A stretch of DNA of 64,000 bases from the human T2T-CHM13v2.0 reference genome, Homo sapiens, in the NCBI RefSeq assembly GCF_009914755.1, contig NC_060947.1, one strand, 5' to 3'. The notes under the pieces were generated by a model. That model did not search any database. It was not told the origin of the DNA and saw nothing but the letters and a program-made list of their open reading frames with translations. The translations under genes were made by a program, and so were the position numbers. Positions 1-12,297 of this stretch are shown here, piece after piece (position 1 is the first letter of the stretch; the number at the start of each line of letters is the position of its first letter).

Positions 1-287
1 TGGACTCACAGTTCTACCTGGTTGGGGAGGCCTCACAAACATGGTGGAAGGCGAAAGGCACGTCTTACATGGCATCAGGCAAGAGAGAGAATGAGAACCA
101 AGCAAAAGGGGTTTCCCCTTATAAAATCATCAGATCTCATGAGACTTACTCATTACCATAAGAACAGTAGGGGGAACTGCCACCATGATTCATTTATCTC
201 CCACTGGGCCCTTCCCACAACATGTGGGACTTATGGGAGCTACAATTCAAGATGAGATTTGGGTGGGGTCACAGCCAAGCCATATCA
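1..287 (-). mobile_element. THE1 (THE1C/D-like) MaLR LTR, cut by window edge
   Basis: Reverse complement of the THE1 start TGATATGG..CCCCACCCAAATCTCATCTTGAATTGTAGCTCCC; ends ...ccatatca at 287. Confidence 0.9.
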
Positions 288-362
288 ATGCCTGTATCAA
301 AAATCTCATGTACCCCATAAATGTATACACCTATTATGTACCCAAAAAAATTTGTTTAAAAA
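288..362 (+). mobile_element. L1 3' end fragment (L1MA/PB-type)
   Basis: catgtaccccataaatgtatacacctattatgtaccc followed by an A-rich tail. Confidence 0.7.
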
Positions 363-1125
363 AGAACGTGGTTCTTCAGTTTCTGTTGCCTGGGGTAGTA
401 TAAAATAAAAGTAAAATTCAATACTTAACACATATTTATTTCATGTTTGTTTTTCCTTGCCAATTTATTTTGTGGTGATTTGGTAATTTTCTCTTTGTAA
501 TTTCCCTTTGTTCCAAGAAACAGTGCCACCTTTATTCTATTTAAATTTTACTTTATTATATAACTTCAAAGATAAAATTCACAGGATACGCTAACCACGG
601 CATTATTCTCTGCATCCCATTCACCTGAAGATATTAATAGTAGGTTATCCAAGTTTGTTTTCCATCATATCTTTATCTATTTTGGTGATCTAATTTGGAA
701 TAAACTTTCTTCTCCAAAAATTATCACAAAATGTATATGTCTCCTGGTGGCATAAAATATGAAACAAAATCATAGTTGGGAAATGTTCAGCAGAGCCTTT
801 ACTTGGTGAATATTACATTAAAAATATGTAGTTGAGCCACACAGAAATGCACTGACTGGTAACAGATTTTGCTGTGCACTTTTCTCTGACATAACACTCA
901 TTAAAAATGGGAGATGTGAAAACAAAATGTTTTGCTTCTTTAACAAATTGTTTACATAAGGAATGAGAAAATAATTGTCATTTGATGGACAACATTGATG
1001 CCATGGGCTAAATCTTGCTCTACCAATATGAATCCAATCAACAACATCAAAAGTACAGGTTGCAATTACTACCTGGAATTTGGATCTTTCATTGGTTCCA
1101 AAATCAGTGTTCTCTACCTGCTGTG

Positions 1126-1675
<550 letters not shown>

Positions 1676-2369
1676 ATTATACCATTATTTCTCCTTAAAA
1701 CAACAAACATTCCCCCCACCCCTGATAGATCCACATTTTGCATCTTTGCCATATGCCATGCTATGACTCTTCCCTCCCATGCTGTTCCTCATAAATTCCA
1801 AAATAGGAAACCACCTTCATAAGTTTCTGCTGTCATCCTACTTCATTACAAGGTTAGTCTTGTTATGTCAGAAAGTTTTAATCCTGTTCAAAATTGCCTG
1901 TTAGACAGAATGTGTTGTGTGTTTATGTGGGGAAGAAGGCCTTGAGGCATGATTCCTGGAGAGATTAGAGAACTGGAAAACTCATGAAAAAGTGTGTTTA
2001 TTGGAAGTACAGTGTGAGCTCATCATACCCAAAAGTCAGAGTAATGGAAGGTGGCTACCGTTTGAGCAAAGTTTCTGAAAGATAAAGATGAAGAAGTTTT
2101 CATGGCGCCAGGAGTTGAGAAAGAGGAAAGATGATCTTTCTTGTCCCCAGTCACTAAGTGAAATGTGCTGCATATGCAGCTATTTTTTATTTGAATAAAC
2201 ACAATTTTGTAAATCCACATAATTCAGGGAGGAATTCCAATTGGCCATATTCCACTGCTTACAAGTTTTGCATTGCGAGGTAGTTTTAAGCTTTTGCAAT
2301 AAAATAAACGTTCTCTACTAAAGTAACTTGAAGTGACCAAAAAGGTTGAACTTGAAATTTTTGTCTGTA

Positions 2370-3303
2370 CAGTCATGTGTCCCTTAACGACAGAGATTTA
2401 CTGTGGGAAATGCATCATTAGATGATGATTTTGTTATCGGGTGAACATCTTAGAGTACACTTGAGGAAACCTAGATGGTGCAGCCTACTACACAATTAGG
2501 CTGTAAGGCAGAGCCTAGGGCTCCTAGGCTACAAACCTGCACAACATCTTACTGTACTGAGTACTGTAGGCAATTATAACACAATGGTAAGTATTTGTGT
2601 ATCTAAACATATATAAACGTTAATATAGTTTGATTGTGTTCCCACCCAAATCTCATCTTGAATTGTAGCTCCCACAATTCCCATGTGTTGTGGGAGGGAC
2701 TTGGTGGGAGGTAACTGAATCATGGGGGCAGGTCTTTCCTGTGCTGTTCTCCTGATAGTGAATAAGTCTCATGAGATCTGATGGTTTTATAAGGGAGAGT
2801 TTCCCTGCACAAATTCTCTCTTGCCTGCAGCCATGTAAGATATTCCTTGGTCTTCCGCCAGGATTGTGAGGCCTCCCCAGCCATGTGGAACCATGAGTCC
2901 ATTAAACCTCTTTTTCTTTACAAATTATCCAATCTCAGGTATGTCTTTATCAGCAGCATAAAAACCAACTAATACAAACATAGAAAGGTACAGTAATACA
3001 AAAATATGGTATGCCTGTATAGGGCATTTACCATGAATGGCGCTTGTAGGATTGAAAGTTGTCTGGGTGGAGTCAGTGAATGAGTGGTGAGTGAATGTGA
3101 AGGCCTAGGACATTACTGTGCAACTGTAGCACTTATAAACACTGTACACTTATGCTACACTAAGATTCTTAAAAAGTAAAATAATTGTCCTATGATATTA
3201 TGACAGCTACAATGTTACTAGGCGATACGAGTTTTTTAGCTTTATTATAATATTACAGGACCACCATCGTATATGTAGTCCATCATTGACTGGTGAATGG
3301 CTG
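2370..3303 (+). mobile_element. Tigger3-family DNA transposon split by THE1
   Basis: TA|cagtcatg...ctg|TA termini; ctaggctacaaacctg and aatggtaagtatttgtgtatctaaacata. Confidence 0.8.
2621..2976 (+). mobile_element. THE1B-like solo LTR
   Basis: Full LTR ending ctaataca; 5-bp TSD aacgt/aacat. Confidence 0.9.
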
Positions 3304-3418
3304 TATATCTCTGTTCTGTCCCCAGTGCTAGGAGAATATTCTGCTTGATGAAACTTGATGCTACAGAGACCTAATATTAAACATGAAGAAACCTAATATT
3401 CAAATAGATTTGATATCA

Positions 3419-3708
3419 AGAACAGAAAATCAAATATCACATGTTCTCACTTATAAGTCAGAGCTAAACACTGAGTACACATGGACACAAAGAAAGGAAC
3501 AAGAGACGCCAGTGCCTGCTTGAGGATGGAGGGTGGGAGGAGGGTGAGGACTGGAAAACCACCTGTCAGATACTATGCTTATTGTCTGGGTGACAAAATA
3601 ATTTTTGCACCAAACCCCATCTCATGCAATTTACCTATATAAAAAACCCAAACATGTACTCCAAGAACCTAAAATAAAAGTTAAGAAGAATAAATAAATA
3701 AAAATAAA
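3419..3708 (+). mobile_element. L1PA (old, ~PA15-17) 3' end
   Basis: catgttctcacttataagt...aacctaaaataaaagt plus A-rich tail. Confidence 0.85.
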
Positions 3709-3929
3709 GAAATCGGGTGGAAACAAAATACGATCATCCTTTGTGTCCAAAAATGGAATAGCTTTTATGTTCCTTTAGTTTCCTTCAGTTGATCTCCTAA
3801 TTGGTATGAAATACTGCTGCTGTTTCTTTTAACTTATTCTTGTTAGCTTTTATATTCATCTGCTAAGAACATATGCTCTCTATAGCACAGAAATTCCTTT
3901 TATAAAATGTAGCTAAGCAGCAGTAACTT

Positions 3930-4105
3930 AATAGTAATATTCTGTGAGCACTTAAGTCCTGGGTGATACTCTGAACATGTCCATGAATTAACTTATTTAA
4001 TCCTTTTTTTATATAAATATGGGATGGGTAGTATATAATCCTCATTCTATGCAAGAAGAAACAATAGCAGCAAGTTGCCCAAGGTCACTGATTTGAATCC
4101 AGGAT
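3930..4105 (-). mobile_element. MIR fragment
   Basis: ttgcccaaggtcac..tttgaatccagg core in reverse. Confidence 0.55.
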
Positions 4106-4289
4106 TAATCAAGACAGTTTAACATCCTGAACCCAGAGCTGTAAAGCTTAACACCAACCGCAAAGAGATACTGAGCCTATATTTCAGAAGTCAAGGGATC
4201 AGAGAGCAGCCAAGGACAAGAGAAGCAATGAGCTTCTTTGTCTTGGGAATAAAGGGTGGGCTTTGTGCAGTGACAAAGCCATTACTGGG

Positions 4290-4545
4290 GGTGATATTGG
4301 CTACCTATTGCTGTGTAACAAATTGCCACAAATTTAGCTGCATAAAATGCATGTATCATCTCAAAGCTTTCATGGGTCAGAAGTCAGGATATGGCTTGGC
4401 TGGACCCTCTGCACAGTCTCACAAGGCTAGCATTAAAGGAGTCAGGCAGGACTGTTTCTCATCTGAAGGCTTGGCCAGGGAAGGACCCACTTCCAAGCTC
4501 CCTTGAATTGTTAGTAGGATCCAGTTTCTTGCAGCTATCAACATC
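4290..4545 (-). mobile_element. MLT1-family LTR fragment
   Basis: ctattgctgtgtaacaaattgccacaaatttagc...ccacttccaagctc. Confidence 0.7.
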
Positions 4546-5282
4546 ATGAAAGAACTGAAAAAGAGCAAAACAAAAACACCAAAGTAACAAAGAGATTGTA
4601 ATTTCAGGAAGAAATCACCATTCTTGGCTGGACAACTATAGGGCAGAGGTTGGGATCATCATTTTAAGCCACTCAATTGGTGGCAATTTGTGACTCCACA
4701 AATTGGTGGTAATAGATAACCAATACACATTTTCTTTAGTGGATTAAAAATTAAACACGGATTAAAAATCAAAAGCATAGTTTGGAGTGAAAATATGAAC
4801 ACATAATGGGACATATGCCAATATTATTTAGTTAAACATGAAATACACACATAAAACAATACACATTTCATAAGGTCAGATAAGCAAATATCTCATAATA
4901 AGTGTATTACATAGTTTCCAATGAGGCAGGAAGGGGAGTCTGGATGGAAAATGGGCCCATCACATGGACCAACTGTGATGTTGTACCATAATTGCAGCAG
5001 TGTGGGGTATCATTAACTCAATCTTCTGTGCCAGAGACCCATAATGGGGGAAATGGATGTCTTTTAAACTATTAATCAATTTATTTTCCTCCAAAAATTG
5101 ATTAAAGTAAAAATAAACAGACAAAAAATAATTCTCCCAACAGATGAGTCTGTTAGAATAGAATGATTTTCATGTCCAAAATGATTATTATATGGAAGTG
5201 TGCAGACCCTAGGAATTTTCATTAAAAAAATACTAATGAGTTTACCTTCATTTTACTCTTCAACACAGCCAGACAAGCTTAC

Positions 5283-5372
5283 CGCTTCTCACAGCTGAGT
5301 ATTTACTTTCTTCCATATTAGTGGTACTGTTTTCCTCCAGGCTGTTGCAATCATGATTTCTCTGCTGTTCGT
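5283..5372 (-). other. Candidate internal exon (90 nt, symmetric phase 1, one open frame: EQQRNHDCNSLEENSTTNMEESKYSAVRS)
   Basis: Minus-strand acceptor TTGTTTTTCTATGCCTTTTTCTGCCCAG|AC and donor GCG|GTAAGC, in non-repeat sequence. Confidence 0.6.
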
Positions 5373-5959
5373 CTGGGCAGAAAAAGGCATAGAAAAACAA
5401 TTTCCTTATGATAAAGCTTAATTTATAAAAAATGAAGCCATAAAAATAAAACAATGAAAAATAAGAGAAACGATTTCCTTATAAACTGAAAGTAAAGGAA
5501 AATGAATATGTGTCAGCTAATTATGAGAGGAACTTACTATCAGGAATTCCATACTCTGAAATTCAATTCTCTGTCTGGGCTTAATTATCCTCACATATTA
5601 AAGTCATGGAAACCAAATATGTTTATGCATTTGTTATGTTGACTAAGGCTCTCTGCTCCTTCCATTATATAGGGGGAAGCCGGGGGAAGCCAGAGGAAGT
5701 AAAAGCAAACTCTGTCAGGAATCCCGCTTTGGTGATAAATACATTCTTCAAGTAGATGTTCATAGTTTTCATTTTCTACTTGCAGTAAGTTCCCAGGCAC
5801 CACAACCCTCGTACCCATGATGGTAGAACATTATCCTCCAACCATGACCTCAAGACGGGAAGACATTTGGGAAAATGGGTGAAAAACACACACGTGTGTT
5901 GATGAACATATTGTGACCAGAGGCTGCTGTGTGTGTGTGTGTTGTGTGTATATGTGTGA

Positions 5960-6055
5960 TATTCCTTTTATGGCTGAATAATACTCCATTGTGTGCAAGT
6001 ACTACATTTTCTTTATCTATTCATCTGTTGATAGACACTTAGGTTGCTTCCAAAT
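5960..6055 (-). mobile_element. L1M fragment
   Basis: ttttatggctgaataatactccattgtg...gacacttaggttgcttccaaat. Confidence 0.7.
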
Positions 6056-6062
6056 CCAAAAG

Positions 6063-6202
6063 TTTTTTTTGTTTGTTTGTTTTTTTGTTTTGTTTTTTTT
6101 TTTGAGACGGAGTCTCACTCTGTCGCCCAGGCTGGAGTGCAGTGGTGCGATCTCGGCTCACTGCAAGCTCCGCCTCCTGGGTTCATGCCATTCTCCTGTC
6201 TC
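6063..6202 (-). mobile_element. 5'-truncated AluY (3' part of right arm plus tail)
   Basis: AluY-type ctgcaagctccgcctc and gttcatgccattctc; TSD ccaaaagtt at 6056-6064 and 6203-6211. Confidence 0.85.
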
Positions 6203-6572
6203 CCAAAAGTTATTTTTAATAAATGATAGGGTGATTACCTATTTCTTGATTTAAAATTCTCCTATTACCGTGTCCTTCATGTAGCATCTTTGCTATTTCC
6301 TCCTGATTCTAAATCTTTCATAAACATTTTCCTCTTCCCTTTACTACTACTCTCTCTTAACTGGCTAAAACGTGACTAATATATGCTCCCAAAAGAGTGA
6401 TCAGAGGAGGCAAAGAGGTGGAAATAGCAAAGAAATGATGCAGAGAATCGTCTGAGAACTGCAGAGATACATCAACCTGAAAACCCATTGAGTGTTGAGC
6501 ACGAGGAATAAAACACTTAACTAAGGTGCACTGTTGTGAAGTTTCTGAGCACTAAGAATGAAGAAAGCATAC

Positions 6573-7195
6573 ATTTGTCTACATTATTCAAGACTTTCTT
6601 ATTTGCAGACTCACCTGTTTGTCAGTAAACATGAAAATCAATCCTTGGAGTACTTTCAAGATCGTTTGTGGACATGCGCACAGTGGTAAAAAGTTTGAGC
6701 CACCAGCACACACAATTCCAGCTGAGGTTGAACAGGGTGATCAGCTGCCTCGTTTCAGCTTTCAGACTGTAAACAACTGTTCTTTTTTTGCAGTTTATTT
6801 TCTGTCACATTTTTAAATTTTTGTCCTTAATTTCAGTGATTTCACTCTCAAGTGCATTGTTGAAGTGCTGTCTAGGGTCCCTAAGTGCCAGAAGGCAGTG
6901 ATGCTCCTATGAAAGAAATACAAACATTCTATGGGCTTTGTTGAGGCATGAGTTATAGTGCTGTTGGCCATGAGTTCAATGTTAATGGATCAGCAGTTTA
7001 TATTAACTAAGATGTCTTTATATAGAACTACACATAAAACAAAATTATGCATTGATTTGTTGATGAATGTATCGTGACCAGAGGCTGGCGGGAACCTAAC
7101 CCTGCATTTTCCCTTGCAGGTGCAGTTTAGTATTTGCAAATTCAGTGTTTGCAGAGACTTTAATAGAACATGACTACTGTGAATAATGAGATTTG

Positions 7196-7198
<3 letters not shown>
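6573..7198. mobile_element. MER82-like Tigger-family DNA transposon
   Basis: gtgaccagaggct..gaacctaaccctg, gagttatagtgctgttggccatgagttcaatgttaat, and cattattc/gaataatg terminal inverted repeats. Confidence 0.75.

Positions 7199-7266
<68 letters not shown>
7197..7266. repeat. (CT)n(AT)n compound microsatellite
   Basis: Directly visible. Confidence 0.95.
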
Positions 7267-7271
<5 letters not shown>

Positions 7272-7838
7272 GTGATATATATGAGAGTGTACAATAGAAC
7301 ATGACTTATGTGAATAATGAGAATTGCCTATATATATGTGTGTATATATATGTGTGTGTGTATACATATATATATGCACACACTGCAGAGATACATCTTC
7401 AACCTGAAAACCCATTGAGTTTTGAGCACAAGGAATAAAACACTTAACTTAGGTGCTTAGTCATGAATAATGAAGATAAATGTATGCTTTCTTCATCCTT
7501 AGTGCTCAGAAATTTCACATATATGTATATACACACACACGTAAAAGATATATGTAGAGAGAATTTTATATGTGTGTGTGTCGTGTGTATGAGTGTGTAT
7601 TTTTGTGTGTATGTATGTATATGTTTTAAATCTAGACAAGAAGAGAACAAAACAAAAGAAAACAAAAATCCTTGCTTCTTCCAACAGAAAACAAAAGCTG
7701 AGCTTTTCACAGGCAAGACTTTATCACAAAACAAAATGGATTAATACCTAAAATGTTCTAAATGAAAAATGGTATTGGAATTATAATGTGATACCCACTG
7801 AAGCTCCTTATTAAGAACAAGGAAAGAATAATGAATTC

Positions 7839-7882
7839 TGTGGTGGCTTTAAAATTATGTTCACGAATTCCCTGAGACTTCT

Positions 7883-7919
<37 letters not shown>

Positions 7920-8683
7920 ATGGAAACAAGGTCTCTCTCTATTGCCCAGGCTAGAGTGCAGTGGTGTAATCATAGCTCACTGCAGCCTCAAACTCCTGGG
8001 CTCTAGTGATCCTCCTGTCTAAGCCTCTTGAGTAGCTGGGACTACAGGGTCTCACTGTGTTGCCAAGGCTGGTCTCAAACTCATGGCCACAAGCTATTCT
8101 CTCATCTCGGTCTCCCAAAGCGTTCTGATTACAAGCATAAGCCACCATTCCCAACCTCACTGATACTTCTTTCTTCAAAAAGTAGACCCTAGTTCCCCTT
8201 ACCTTTAGTATGTGATGGACTTAGCTACTCATAATGAGTCAAGGCAGAGGCAATGGTGTGTGAATTCTGAATATAGGTCATGTGGAGGAACTGCATCTTC
8301 CATCTTGGACTTTTTGATTGTCTTGGAGCCCTTGCTTAGAGGGACACCAAATGCCAGGACATGAGGCAGCCATGTGGAGGGCCCTCATAGCGAATAACTA
8401 AAGCCTTCTGCGGCCAGCCAACCAGGGACTGAGGTCTCTAGTTATCTTACCCATGAGTGAGCCCTCTCAGAAATGGACCGTCTATCCCCAGTCAGTCCTT
8501 CAGATAACTGCAGCCCTGGCCGCCAGCTTCAGGGCAACCCCATCAGACATCCTGTGCCACAACTACCCAGCTAGGCTACTCCCATATTCCCAACCCTCTG
8601 AAGCTGTGTGAGATAAATGCATGTTGTTTTAAGCAGCTAAAATGTGCAGGTCGCTTGTTATGCAATGATAGGAAGCTAAAACA
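7839..8683 (+). mobile_element. MLT1 (F/G/H-like) LTR split by an Alu
   Basis: tgtggtgg start; actacccagctaggctactcc, gttgttttaagcagctaa, ctaaaaca end. Confidence 0.7.
7882..8156 (-). mobile_element. AluJ with internal deletion and (TTTA)n tail
   Basis: Arms joined at gactacagg|gtctcac with the linker lost; TSD ctga(g/t)acttct. Confidence 0.9.
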
Positions 8684-9039
8684 CTTTCCATGAATCCTTT
8701 TCAAATACATGCTTCAGTAAAATGAGTACACTGGGAAAAAGGAAGCCCCATAATCTAAGATAACTTAAACATATTTGAGTAGTGGAGGAAAATTCTGGGA
8801 TGCTAAATCACTGCCAAGCAGTTCTGATTGGAGCAGAAAGCAGTGGTCTCCAGGAGGAAGAGCTTTTGTTTATTTTAAAAAATAACTCCTTATCCCTTAG
8901 CATATAATGAGAAGGCATGGAAGGATATTGACATACAAGGAAACCAATCATATCTAGAGGCACATGCCAGAAACAAAACAAAACAAGAAAACCAAGAAGT
9001 AAAGGAAAACATGTATGAACCCAGGAATATAAAATACAT

Positions 9040-9042
<3 letters not shown>

Positions 9043-9073
<31 letters not shown>
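9043..9073. repeat. (CA)n microsatellite
   Basis: Directly visible. Confidence 0.95.
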
Positions 9074-9075
<2 letters not shown>

Positions 9076-11163
9076 CAAATATATTGTCTGATGCAGAAGT
9101 AAGTAGTATTTATAATGCTAATGTTAAACAAGATTACAGATTTTTAAAAATATATAGAATTAACCTATATATATTAAGCAGAGAAAATCTAGTTATAGTT
9201 CCAGAAATACACATAAATACTATATCACTATTGACAGTATTCAAGTCAACAGAGAGACAATACAGTTTTTAAGTGGGATTGAGAGGAGGTCAGGGAAAGG
9301 GAGCATAGAGTAGGGGCATTAATATCCATGTCTTCTGAAAAGGGAGAGTCAGAAGCCCCCACTTCAGATCTCTATATGGATTTGGGTACTGGCCAAAATT
9401 TAAAGCTCTACCAATAACCAAAGAGTTACTAAAATTATTGATGTAGCTAAATTGTGAGGATTTTTGGAGGAAAGAGGGAATGATGTCAGGCAGCTAGGAA
9501 AGCTGGAAGTTAATAGCCTGTATCTCAAGCTCATGGATCAACACATGGCAATATAAACATATTTGGAATTAGGGATACGGAATCCCAGCTTAACTAAAAA
9601 TACTCACTTTTAACAATATTTGTTTGTTGGAGTGGCATCTGTAATGGGAGATAGAGAGCATGAGCAAGCCCACTTTACAAAGTGATTTTTTTAGAGATAT
9701 CCTGGTTCCTGATGCAGCAGATTCTGTTAGATTAAAGGCCATTAACTTCTTCAGTCTGTCAAAATCAGTACGTAAACAATTCAATGAATTCCAAGTTTAA
9801 CCAAGTTAAATACTTCATTCCATAGATGCATGAAGCTCTATGAAATGCTGATAATTTTTGTCTGTGCAATTCCTATCATTGTATCTGTAACCACTTGAAA
9901 GAATTAAAATATGTATCAAAATCATACATTTTCCAACATAATGTGTAAGCCGCCATTTCAGTGCTGAAATTCCCATTGTTTTGTGTTATCTTAAAAGTAC
10001 AACATGTTTTACTCCCTCAAGGAGTCAGCCAGTCTTCAATGATGTCAATGTAATGTTGTTGCTTTTTTGTAGTTCAATGTACACAGTGGAATAAATGCCA
10101 GAGACACTTAGTTTAGAGCTGTGTATGCTTCCAGCAAGGTAAAAAAAAAAAATCATTTTTACATGTAAAGTCTATCAGAGCTCATAGAGAATTCCCTTTT
10201 GAGATCTCTTTTTTCTCAATTAATTTCTAAATGAAGCATAGCCTAAAAATGGATTTAAATTATTAATGCATGTGTTAAACATTTTATGAAAGAAAACATT
10301 TTCTTTTTGATCATACATACAAACGAACCTAAAAATAATCGATATTTTTATTCTTTCTCTAAAATCTCAAGGATGATCAAAAAGTCTAGAGGGGAAAAAT
10401 AGTGTTTTTAACAAGGAAGGAAAGACTGCTTTTATTGGGGAAATCTAAATTTCCTGTTGTGATTCTTGTCTCTACCGTTTGCGCACCTTCTTTGTCTGAT
10501 GTCACAATTGTTCTTGATTTTTCTGGCTTCTTGTTTTGGCCCTGCGGAAGCTCAGACAGGCTCTGTAACACCACCGTCTTCAACATACACATATATGTTG
10601 CACTTGCACGCACACACACACACATACACATGCACACACACACTATCTCCACATTATGACCATGGCCTTGGAGAAGAAAATCATTCTACTCACATTCTAA
10701 AACCTCTCTCATCTTTTATAAGTTAGGGTAGCATTCCAGAAAATACATTTTAATAGTTTCTGAGGGCCCTGAATTTCCTCCCATCCCTGGCCTGGAGATT
10801 TATGAATACAGACTTCTTGCTTGCCTTCTTGTCATCAGTGATTTAGAGAAGACAAAGGACTATTTTTTTTTCCAACTATGATGTCCATTTCACCCCTCCC
10901 ATTATCCATAACTACACATTGTCAACACTTACCTAGATGAATTTTAACAATGCCCTCAAATAGAATGCCAAAAAGGCTTTGAAATTACGGATGCCACAAC
11001 ACTATTATGATAATCACCATTATCATAATAAAGACGAGAAGTGGTGCTCCTGGGAAAAGGCTTTTTAAACTTTAGATTGCCTGAGAAGCACTATCTCAGC
11101 CCACTTGCTGCTACTGCCTGTTGCCCCAAGAGACCAGGAAGGAGATGCTGCCGTGGAACCTAC

Positions 11164-11290
11164 CTGCTCTGTGCCTGCCGGTCGGGGAAGGGCTACTGCT
11201 GCTCTGCTGACTGCGCAACCCCAGCCTGGGATCAATGCTCCTGTAGAAGGTGTCTAAGGGCTGAGATCAGAGGCTCACAAAATCCCCATA
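11164..11290 (-). other. Candidate first exon (5' boundary uncertain)
   Basis: Donor CAG|GTAGGT at 11164/11163; locally GC-rich with retained CpGs, within ~4 kb with no interspersed repeat that I recognise; GC box just upstream. Confidence 0.5.
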
Positions 11291-11326
11291 AACCTGTGTT
11301 GCCAGCCTGTTTATTCTTCTCCATGC

Positions 11327-11337
11327 TGGGCGGGGAA
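11327..11337. promoter_or_regulatory. GC box (Sp/KLF) TGGGCGGGGAA
   Basis: Consensus GGGCGG just upstream of the candidate first exon. Confidence 0.4.
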
Positions 11338-11701
11338 GAGGGGCACTCATCTTTCACCAGGAACAATAACAACTGTCTATACTGGCGTCTGAAATGCAGG
11401 TCAATATAAGTTAACATATTCGGGTCTAGACAGCTGTCTCCATTTGGGGCTAGTTATTTTTCTTCACATATTAAGGATGCTTTTATTTGGAATTATGAGC
11501 AAATTTGAGCATGGCCAATTGGGGATCACAGGGGAAAAAATATCCTCTGTCATTCACTTGATTTATTTTTCTATTTATAAGATAGAGTTATTAAAATATT
11601 GAAAAGTGATTACTGGAACAATCCCTTGTACTAATTTTAATCAATTTCTTAATGTGTTCCAAAAGTCAAAGCAAAACAAAAATATTAGGGTAGAATCTAA
11701 C

Positions 11702-11728
11702 CCAATCTGAGCCAATCGGACCAATCAG
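11702..11728 (+). promoter_or_regulatory. Three tandem CCAAT boxes (NF-Y type)
   Basis: cCCAATctgagCCAATcggaCCAATcag; two match the extended RRCCAATCRG consensus. Confidence 0.5.
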
Positions 11729-12297
11729 AACCTCAAAATGCTGAAATTTTCCTGAAAGTTCTTTTGCAAATGTAAGACATCCATTCAGCACTTGGGATAG
11801 AAAAACAAATTGTCTGCATCCTGCAGACTCCCTGACACCAGCCCAAGATGACATGGGCTGCCTTCATTCATTGTCTCCCTTTTCTGAGTTTTTCCTCCCA
11901 TCACTACATCACCAATAATAAAAGCTGGAGCCCCTCCCACCCCTCGACAGAGTACAGCCATCCCCATCACATACTTGGACATTCTTTCTCTGATTATTCC
12001 AACAGCCCCAAATCAGAATTACCCCCAGATTTGGGTGCTATGCAGATGAACATATATCTTATTTAAACTTCCTTGGAGGATAGCCCCAACACCTGAAGTC
12101 ACTCTTACCTTGACCATAATCCACAATGACTTACATTTTATAACCAGTTGAGACTCTGGCATTTTGCAGAAATGGGACTCGTTTAAATTTTACAATTTAG
12201 ACCCATCAGAAACCTCAGAAGTCACTGCCTGGAACTCTTACTTGCAAGTAAAGATCATTCCAGAAAAATCAAGTAGCATGCTCTAGCTATGCCATTA

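Noticed and set aside
5283-11340. Assigning a gene symbol to the candidate exons
   Set aside because: I do not recognise the peptide or UTR sequence; any name would be a guess
11041-11409. 122-aa Cys-rich ORF
   Set aside because: GTG start with no domain pattern; better explained as the antisense of the GC-rich candidate exon
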